A DNA stretch of 64,000 bases, from NCBI GenBank assembly GCA_029865265.1, contig JAOUHG010000017.1, positions 1 through 64,000 on the forward strand, in the 5' to 3' direction. The stretch is from Candidatus Krumholzibacteriia bacterium (GTDB lineage Bacteria > Krumholzibacteriota > Krumholzibacteriia > WVZY01 > JAKEHA01). The notes below the pieces were generated by a model that saw nothing but the letters and a program-made list of their open reading frames with translations, did no database searches and was not told where the DNA came from. A program made the translations under genes and the position numbers. Of the stretch, positions 20,651 to 27,737 are shown piece by piece; within the stretch, counting starts at the first letter, position 1, and each line of letters opens with the position of its first letter.

Positions 20651-21778
20651 TTGACCCCTGACCGCAGAACACTGCTTGCCCTGTTCTCCTTCGCCTTCGG
20701 CGTCCGCATCCTGTATGCGGCCCTGATGGGAGGCGATGCGAGCGTCATCCCCTTGCACGAGACCTACGCCTATCTGGTGGCCGCGCGCATGGTGCCGGAC
20801 TGGAACTGGGTCACCACGCCGTTTTCTCCCGCCGCGCCCGGCTACCTGATGGCGCTGGCCGCGGCGTTCAAGCTGGCGGGGGTGTCGTGGTGGACGGCGG
20901 TGCTGCTCAATACCGTTCTCGGCGCGGGAACAGCCCTGTTCCTGTACCGCATCGGCGAGCAGCGGCTGGGGCGCCTGGTGGGGCTCGCCTCGGCGCTCTG
21001 GCTGGGTGGCAGCATCAGCCAGATCCACTACGCCGGCCTGGCGGTGCGCGACGTGATGACCACCTTCATGGTGGTGTGGTTCACCTATTCCCTGGTGAAG
21101 GTGTTCTCCCGCATGCGCGCTGCGGTGTGGTCGGGTTTCCTCTACCTTCTGCTGGTTTACACCGAACCGATGTTCGTCCTGATGCTGCCGGTGATCGTCC
21201 TGTTCCTGGCGCTGCGCGCGACCCACCACCGGGCCCTCAATCTCCAGTATATGTTCCTCTTCCTGGCCACCGTGTTCGTGCTGGCGGTTCCATGGACGAT
21301 TCGCAATTACGTGGTCTACCGGGATTTCGTTCCCGTCAGCCTGGAGGCGTCGCGCTATACCTCCCCGGCCCGGCTGCAGGACAGGGCCAGCGCCGCTCCC
21401 GAGGGCGCACCCGGTTTCGTGCACAACACCGTCGAGTACTGGCGCTTCGCCCGCTTCCGCGAAGCGCCGGGCAATGCGGCCATCGGTCTGCGCCCGGAAC
21501 CGGCCTGGTCACTGCGCCACAACCTGGCCACCATCGTCAGCTTCGGCCTGCTGCTGCCATTCTTCGCGGCCGGCGTCGCTTTCGCGTGGCGCAAGCGGCA
21601 ACGCGCGCCCGTGGTGCTGGCCGGCATCGTCGCGTGTCACGCCATCCTGCGCGGTTTCCTGGGCGGGAGCAACGAGGCACGACTGCCCATGGAGCCGCTG
21701 ATCATCCTGCTCGCCTTCTACGGACTGCGTGAGTTGCTGGAGGCGCGGCGCAGCGCCGGAGACGACGCGAGCGCCTAG
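20651..21778 (+). CDS. GT-C-fold membrane glycosyltransferase (GT39/GT83, ArnT/PMT-like), 375 aa
   Basis: Polytopic membrane protein. ArnT/PMT-like N-terminal loop with acidic motif (IPLHETYAYL). Divergent from the DegT aminotransferase. TTG start at 20651 with GAGGTG upstream; the start is uncertain. Confidence 0.6.
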   Translation: MTPDRRTLLALFSFAFGVRILYAALMGGDASVIPLHETYAYLVAARMVPDWNWVTTPFSPAAPGYLMALAAAFKLAGVSWWTAVLLNTVLGAGTALFLYRIGEQRLGRLVGLASALWLGGSISQIHYAGLAVRDVMTTFMVVWFTYSLVKVFSRMRAAVWSGFLYLLLVYTEPMFVLMLPVIVLFLALRATHHRALNLQYMFLFLATVFVLAVPWTIRNYVVYRDFVPVSLEASRYTSPARLQDRASAAPEGAPGFVHNTVEYWRFARFREAPGNAAIGLRPEPAWSLRHNLATIVSFGLLLPFFAAGVAFAWRKRQRAPVVLAGIVACHAILRGFLGGSNEARLPMEPLIILLAFYGLRELLEARRSAGDDASA

Positions 21779-23316
21779 GGCGCTGCCCGCAGGTCGCGGC
21801 CACTCATGGCCGCCGGGACCGGAACACCCAGATAGTCCAGAATGGTGGGCGCGATATCGCGCAACGATCCGTCGGAGATGAGCGCGCCGCGGTAGGACGG
21901 ATCCACCAGGATGCAGGGAACGGGGTTGGTGGTGTGCGCGGTATGCGGGCCACCGGTCTTCGGATCCAGCATCAGTTCCGCGTTACCGTGATCGGCGATG
22001 ACGATGGCCACGTAACGCTTCAGATCCAGCTCGCCCATCACCCGCCCCACGCACGCATCCACCGTCTCGCACGCCGTGATCGCCGCGGACAGCACGCCGG
22101 TGTGCCCCACCATGTCGGGGTTGGCGAAGTTGCACACCAGGTAGTCGTGCCGGTCGGCCCGCAGTTCGGCGATGAGCGCATCGCACACCTCGTTGGCGCT
22201 CATCTCCGGTTGAAGGTCGTAGGTGGCAACCTTCGCCGATGGAATCAGAATCCGGGTTTCCCCGCCGAACTCGTGCTCCTCGCCCCCGTTGAAAAAGTAG
22301 GTCACGTGCGCATACTTCTCCGTTTCGGCGATGCGCAACGTCTTCATTCCGGCGGCGGCAGCGGTATCGGCGAGGATGTCGGTGCGGGACTCGGGCGGAA
22401 AAGCCACCGGGAGGTCGAAACCATCCTCGTAGTAGCGCGCCATGCACACGTATCCAACCTTCGGCTTCTTATCGCGCTGGAAGCCGTCGAAGGATTCATC
22501 GGTGAAGGCGTGCGTGATCTGCCGCGCGCGGTCGGCGCGAAAATTGAAAAACACCAGCACGTCCCCGTCGGCCACCACACCCGGCGTCCCGCCGGGGGGC
22601 ACGATGGCCACCGGCTCCACGAACTCGTCGGTGACACCCGCGGCGTAGGAGCGCTTCACCGCATCAACCGCGTCGGTCGCCCGCTCCCCCTTGCCCAGCG
22701 TGTACAGGTCGTACGCCTTGCGTGTCCGCTCCCAACGCTTGTCACGGTCCATCGCGTAGTAGCGTCCGATGATCGTCGCGATGCGCGCGTTGCCGAGCGC
22801 GGCGGTCTTCTCCTCCAGGAGTTTGAGATAACCCTCGCCGCCATGGGGCGAGGTGTCGCGGCCATCGAGAATGGCATGCACCATGACATTGCCCACGCCC
22901 CGCTCCTTCGCCATGTCGAGCAGCGCGTCCAGGTGTCGCTGGTGGCTATGCACGCCCCCGTCGGAAACGAGTCCCACCAAGTGCAACGTGCCACCCTGGC
23001 GAAGCGCGTCCATCGCCTCGCGCAGCGCCGGTATCTTCTGGAATGACCCGTCCGCAATCGACCGATCGATGCGCACGATGTCCTGGTACACGATCCGCCC
23101 GGCGCCGATGTTGAGGTGGCCGACCTCGCTGTTTCCCATCTGCCCCTCGGGCAGCCCCACCCAGGGACCCGACGCCTCGATGAGCGTGTGCGAATACTTC
23201 TCCCACAACGCGTCCACGTTGGGGGTGTTCGCCAGCCGCACAGCGTTGTTCTCGCTTTGTTCGCGCCAACCCCACCCGTCCAGGATCAGGAGCAGTACCT
23301 TCCTGCGCACCGTCAT
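21775..23316 (-). CDS. gpmI: 2,3-bisphosphoglycerate-independent phosphoglycerate mutase
   Basis: MTVRRKVLLLILDGWGWR...GNSEVGHLNIGAGRIVYQD...ADHGNAE matches the iPGM family end to end. ATG 23316 overlaps the upstream stop (ATGA). The track ORF 21775..24336 is extended by antisense overlap. Confidence 0.9.
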   Translation of the reverse strand: MTVRRKVLLLILDGWGWREQSENNAVRLANTPNVDALWEKYSHTLIEASGPWVGLPEGQMGNSEVGHLNIGAGRIVYQDIVRIDRSIADGSFQKIPALREAMDALRQGGTLHLVGLVSDGGVHSHQRHLDALLDMAKERGVGNVMVHAILDGRDTSPHGGEGYLKLLEEKTAALGNARIATIIGRYYAMDRDKRWERTRKAYDLYTLGKGERATDAVDAVKRSYAAGVTDEFVEPVAIVPPGGTPGVVADGDVLVFFNFRADRARQITHAFTDESFDGFQRDKKPKVGYVCMARYYEDGFDLPVAFPPESRTDILADTAAAAGMKTLRIAETEKYAHVTYFFNGGEEHEFGGETRILIPSAKVATYDLQPEMSANEVCDALIAELRADRHDYLVCNFANPDMVGHTGVLSAAITACETVDACVGRVMGELDLKRYVAIVIADHGNAELMLDPKTGGPHTAHTTNPVPCILVDPSYRGALISDGSLRDIAPTILDYLGVPVPAAMSGRDLRAAP

Positions 23317-25574
23317 TGAGATCCCCTCACCGCGGCCAGTTTCTCCAGGTTCACAAGAGCGGTCTGGTTTCCGGGGTCCAGCCGCAACGCCTCGCGGAAC
23401 TGTTCCTCCGCCTCGTCGAAGCGGCGCTGCATCGCGTACACCGACCCCAGCGTCACCCGTCCGTTGGCGTAGCCCGGCTCGGTCTTGACCGCCGCCTCGG
23501 CAAAGCGCGTTCCCTCTTCGATGTGTCCGGTTTCGATGTACATCACCGCAAGATTGTTCATGGCGTAGAAGTCGTCCGGCTTGAGTGCGATGCACTTGCG
23601 CAACGCCTCCTCCGCCTCCGGGTACATCTTGAGCTTGCCGTAGCACACGGCAATGTTGTTGTACGCGCTGTAGAAATTGGGGCGCATGCGGATGGCTTCC
23701 TTGTACGCCTCCACCGCCTTCTGATACTCGCCGCGCTGCTGGTAGCGCTGCCCCAGGTTGTTCTGCGCGTCCGCGTTGTCGGGCGTCAGATACCCGAGCG
23801 CTTCCAACTTCTTCATGGTTTCTTCGGTGGCGGCGGCGTCTGCGGTTCCGGCCTGGCTTTCGCGCTCCCGGTTCAGGGTGGCAACGACCTCCGGGCTGAA
23901 GCCCGCCACCACCTCCGGCTCGAACGCGTCGGTCAGCGGCTGGCCGGGCATGTCGCTCGCGCGCGGCAGCCCCGCCAGCGCGAGTACGGTGGGCGCGATG
24001 TCCATGATGGTCGCACCCTCCAGGACGTGCCCCTGCTTCACCCCCGCACCATAGAAACCCACGATCCCGTCCAGGCGGTGCCACTTGGCCGCGTTCCCGG
24101 CCCAGATTTCGGGCCGATTGCGCAGGCGCGACTCGTCGGCCTTGAATCCGTGGTCCGAGATCACCATCAGCACGGTATTGTCGTCCATCGCCGCCATCAA
24201 CTCGCCCAGAATACGGTCCTGCAGCACGTACGCCTCTTCGACCGCGCGATGGTAGCGCTGGTACTCGTCGGCGGGAATGTCCGGCATGCGCGGCGGCGCG
24301 TGCAGCATGAACAGGTGACTCATTGCGTCCACCCATTCGAAGTAGACGGCGAGAACGTCAGGTGCGTTCGTCTCCATCGCGTGCAGCGCGATGTTGCGGA
24401 AGCTCATCGTCGACGCGTAGAGATGAATGAGATTGTTGACCGGATCTTTGGGGTCGAAGGCGCCACGGTGTCGCTTGATCTCCGCGGGGGTGAGGGCGAC
24501 GAACTGTGCAATCTCCGGATCGGGCACCGCATCACCGTGCACCACCAGGCGCGACAACTCGTCGTCGCGTGACGACGGATAGACGCTGGTGGCGGCGGCA
24601 CGCGCGGTATCGGTGGGCGCGTACGCGAGGTAGCCGAACTTGTCGGTGACCATCAGACCGTTGACGGTTTCGGCGGGATCCGTCGCCAGCCAGCCGATGA
24701 CGGCAACGCTGCGGCCGAAGTCGCCGAGAACGTTCCAGAACGCATCCACGCGGCGGTACAGCCGGCTGATGGGAACGCGCGCACCGCTCTCGGGATCCAC
24801 CACGGTGAAATTCAGAATCCCGTGGTCCTCCGGGTAGCGGCCCGTGGCCATGGTGGTCCACAGCAGCGGGGACAGCATGGGCTCTTCGCTGCGCAGCGGC
24901 CCGGAAGTCCCCTCGCGCACCAGGCGGGCGAAGTTGGGCAGCCGCCCCGCGTCCATCAGCGGCCGCAGATTCAGCCAGTCGCCTCCGTCCACGCCCACGA
25001 TGATCAACCGGCGCGGCGCCGGGCCGTGAACGCCCGCTGCCGCGGCCTCAAGGGAACGGTCCCCCCAGCGCAGCAGTGTGGCGCCCTTCAGCGCGATGCC
25101 CAGGGGCTGGAGTTCGTCACGGATGCGCGCCGTCACACCGGCTGCGAATGCGTCGGCATCGTTGGACGTGGGCGTCGACGCCGCCTCGATCTCCCCCGCC
25201 GCAACCACAAGACGTTCGATGCCTCCCTCGAAGTCCGCGGAAAACCGTTCGTAGAGCGGGCGGGCCGAACCGGGCGGGATGTCGAGGTCGATGCGAAAGG
25301 CAACCGCCACCGAACGGCTGTCCTGAAAGATGACCGGGAAGGATGCGCCGTCCGCTTCCCCGGAAGGAACGCGATAGCTGCGCGCACCCAGCGGATATCG
25401 CACCAGGTGCTTTCCGGGTCCCACGAAGTGCCACCCCGGACCCACCACCTCGAACGCTCCGCCGGGCGACTCGCGCACCGCCTCGAAACCGCCCGGCACG
25501 CGCCGCAGGCCGAACGCGGCGGCGAGCACGAGGATGGCCGCGATGGCGGCGATGATCAATCGGGTTGGTTTCAT
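23313..25574 (-). CDS. alkaline-phosphatase-superfamily (type I phosphodiesterase/nucleotide pyrophosphatase or sulfatase-like) membrane-anchored protein with C-terminal TPR repeats
   Basis: N-terminal TM helix MKPTRLIIAAIAAILVLAAAF. AlkP-core motifs (GVDGGDW, LMVISDHGF). The C-terminal ~200 aa are TPR-like (AYNNIAVCYGKLKMYPEAEEALRKCIALKPDD...). Confidence 0.75.
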   Translation of the reverse strand: MKPTRLIIAAIAAILVLAAAFGLRRVPGGFEAVRESPGGAFEVVGPGWHFVGPGKHLVRYPLGARSYRVPSGEADGASFPVIFQDSRSVAVAFRIDLDIPPGSARPLYERFSADFEGGIERLVVAAGEIEAASTPTSNDADAFAAGVTARIRDELQPLGIALKGATLLRWGDRSLEAAAAGVHGPAPRRLIIVGVDGGDWLNLRPLMDAGRLPNFARLVREGTSGPLRSEEPMLSPLLWTTMATGRYPEDHGILNFTVVDPESGARVPISRLYRRVDAFWNVLGDFGRSVAVIGWLATDPAETVNGLMVTDKFGYLAYAPTDTARAAATSVYPSSRDDELSRLVVHGDAVPDPEIAQFVALTPAEIKRHRGAFDPKDPVNNLIHLYASTMSFRNIALHAMETNAPDVLAVYFEWVDAMSHLFMLHAPPRMPDIPADEYQRYHRAVEEAYVLQDRILGELMAAMDDNTVLMVISDHGFKADESRLRNRPEIWAGNAAKWHRLDGIVGFYGAGVKQGHVLEGATIMDIAPTVLALAGLPRASDMPGQPLTDAFEPEVVAGFSPEVVATLNRERESQAGTADAAATEETMKKLEALGYLTPDNADAQNNLGQRYQQRGEYQKAVEAYKEAIRMRPNFYSAYNNIAVCYGKLKMYPEAEEALRKCIALKPDDFYAMNNLAVMYIETGHIEEGTRFAEAAVKTEPGYANGRVTLGSVYAMQRRFDEAEEQFREALRLDPGNQTALVNLEKLAAVRGSQ

Positions 25575-25708
25575 TGGTTGATGCTCAAGGAACGGCGGGC
25601 ACGAAACCCCGGCGAGACGCGCGTCGCGGAACCTGTTTCAAGGGTACGGCCGCGCGGCGAAGCCCGTCAAGCGGCCACGATTCGATGGTACACCAGCGCG
25701 CCACTCTC

Positions 25709-25714
25709 TATAAT
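25709..25714 (+). promoter_or_regulatory. perfect TATAAT -10 hexamer 6 nt upstream of the GT2 gene ATG (candidate leaderless-mRNA promoter)
   Basis: ctcTATAATgcgtccATG seen directly in a divergent intergenic region; no SD sequence before the ATG. Confidence 0.35.
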
Positions 25715-25720
25715 GCGTCC

Positions 25721-26599
25721 ATGCCTCCCGAAACCACGCCGGCCATCGCCGTCATCGTCCTCACCTGGAACGGCCGTGACCTCACGCTCGACTGCCTCGA
25801 CTCACTCGCGAAGGTCACCACACCCGGCGTGAGCGTGCTGGTGGTCGACAACGCCTCCAGCGACGGCACCGTGGAGGCGGTCCGCGAGAGATTCGGTGCG
25901 CGCGTCACCGTCCTCTCCAACCCCGCCAACCTGGGCTACGCGGCCGGCAACAACGCCGGCATCCGGCGTGCGCTCGACGACGGCGCCACGCATATCGTCC
26001 TTTTGAACAACGACACCCTGGTGGATCCCGCCTTCATCGCCGAGCTCGCCGGCGGCCTCGACGGCACGCCCGGCGGTGGGATCGCGGGCCCCAAGATCTA
26101 CTATTCAACACCGCCGGACCGGATCTGGTTCGCCGGTGGAGAGGTGTCGATGTGGCGGGGCACGGCGCGGCACATCGGCATCCGGGAGACCGATCGCGGC
26201 CAGTACGACACACCGCGGCCGGTGGGCTACGTGAGCGGCTGCGCCCTGATGGCGCGGCGCGAGGTCTTCGAGCGGGTCGGCATGCTCGACCCGTCGTACC
26301 GGGCGTATTTCGAGGACACCGACTTCTGCGTCCGGGCCTCCCGGGCCGGGTTCGGGATCCGCTACGTCCCCACCGCGAAGGTCTGGCACCGCATTTCGGC
26401 CAGCACCGGCGGACAACTGTCGCGGCGCAAGGCCACGCGCAAGCTCGCGAGCGCGCGGCGCTTCTTCTGCCGCTATGCGCGCCCCTGGCACTGGCTCACC
26501 ATTCCTTTATTTTTCACCCTCGATGTGATAAGAATAGGCGTCCTGATCCTGGCGGGCCGCATTCGAGATGGCGGCCCACCCCCGCAGTCCACACCCTGA
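25721..26599 (+). CDS. family-2 glycosyltransferase (rhamnosyltransferase/WbbL-like)
   Basis: AIAVIVLTWNGRDLTLDCLDSL...VVDNASSDGT...NLGYAAGNNAG... matches the GT2 N-terminal Rossmann region. DxD-like motifs present. Confidence 0.8.
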   Translation: MPPETTPAIAVIVLTWNGRDLTLDCLDSLAKVTTPGVSVLVVDNASSDGTVEAVRERFGARVTVLSNPANLGYAAGNNAGIRRALDDGATHIVLLNNDTLVDPAFIAELAGGLDGTPGGGIAGPKIYYSTPPDRIWFAGGEVSMWRGTARHIGIRETDRGQYDTPRPVGYVSGCALMARREVFERVGMLDPSYRAYFEDTDFCVRASRAGFGIRYVPTAKVWHRISASTGGQLSRRKATRKLASARRFFCRYARPWHWLTIPLFFTLDVIRIGVLILAGRIRDGGPPPQSTP

Positions 26600-26620
26600 G
26601 CCTCGGGCGGTCCTTCCAGC

Positions 26621-27484
26621 ATGAAGATTGCGATCTTCGGTGTCAGCGGTCAGCTCGGCCGTGACGTCGCCGGCGCGCTTTCCGCACACCAGGTGGAAGG
26701 CGTCGACCACGCGCGCGCCGACATCCGCGACGAAGACAACGTGCGCCGCGTGGTGGAAGCGCTGCGGCCCGACTGGGCCATCAACTGCGCGGCCATGACC
26801 CACGTGGACGGCTGCGAACGCGACCCGCTGGCGGCGTTCGAAAACAACGCCCTCGGCGCCCGCGTCCTCGCGCGCGCGTGCGCGGCGAACAACGCGCGCC
26901 TGCTGCAGATCAGCACCGACTACGTGTTCGACGGCTGCAAGGGCAGCGCGTACGTGGAGACCGACCTGCCCCGCCCCCTCAACGCCTACGGGATATCCAA
27001 GCTTGCCGGGGAACACTTTGCGCGTTACGAGTGCCCCCGGACGGTGGTGGTGCGGACCAGCGGGCTCTACGGCGTCCACGTGTGCCGCGGCAAGGGGAGC
27101 AATTTCGTGGAGACGATGCTGGCGCGGGCGGGCGGCGAAGACGCGATGCGTGTGGTGGCGGACGAACGCCTCACCCCCACCTACACCGCCGATCTCGCGG
27201 CACAGATTCGCGGCATGATCGAGGCCGCCGTGGCGCCCGGCGTCTACCACGCCACCAACGCGGGCGACTGCTCGTGGCACGAGTTCACCGTCGAACTGTT
27301 GCGGCTTGCCGGCGTCACCGCGCAGGTCCAGCCGATCCGCGCCGCGGACTGGAAATCGCCCGCCCGGCGGCCGGCCAACTCCGTCCTCGAGAATCGCGCG
27401 TTGCAGGCGCTGGATCTGGACGTCATGCCCGAATGGCGGGACGCCCTGTCGCGCTACGTGACCGTGCGCGCGACCGCGGCATGA
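26621..27484 (+). CDS. rfbD: dTDP-4-dehydrorhamnose reductase
   Basis: MKIAIFGVSGQLGRDV...STDYVFDG...YHATNAG matches the RmlD family over the full length. Confidence 0.85.
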   Translation: MKIAIFGVSGQLGRDVAGALSAHQVEGVDHARADIRDEDNVRRVVEALRPDWAINCAAMTHVDGCERDPLAAFENNALGARVLARACAANNARLLQISTDYVFDGCKGSAYVETDLPRPLNAYGISKLAGEHFARYECPRTVVVRTSGLYGVHVCRGKGSNFVETMLARAGGEDAMRVVADERLTPTYTADLAAQIRGMIEAAVAPGVYHATNAGDCSWHEFTVELLRLAGVTAQVQPIRAADWKSPARRPANSVLENRALQALDLDVMPEWRDALSRYVTVRATAA

Positions 27485-27485
27485 C

Positions 27486-27737
27486 TCAGAACAAGAGATG
27501 CAGGAGCATCGCGGCGAAGCCGACCGACAATCCGACGGCCACGAACCCGATCAGCACGGCCACGCCGACGGCAATGGCCGGCACGACCAGTACGGCGGCA
27601 AATACACCCTTGAGCAACGCGAAACCGAGCTTCAGCGGAAGCAGCACGATGGCCAGAACGGCATGGAGCACAAACGCCCCCAGCAGGATCGAACCCACCA
27701 GGAGACCCATGAGAATGAATGCCGAGAATTCGATCAT
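27486..27737 (-). CDS. very hydrophobic small membrane protein (83 aa, 2-3 predicted TM helices), hypothetical
   Basis: ATG-initiated ORF exactly filling the rfbD-to-peptidase gap. Sequence MIEFSAFILMGLLVGSILLGAFVLHAVLAIVLLPLKLGF... Its start codon overlaps the divergent peptidase ATG (cATGa). The competing plus-strand frame encodes a low-complexity T/A/N/P-rich stretch. Confidence 0.45.
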   Translation of the reverse strand: MIEFSAFILMGLLVGSILLGAFVLHAVLAIVLLPLKLGFALLKGVFAAVLVVPAIAVGVAVLIGFVAVGLSVGFAAMLLHLLF

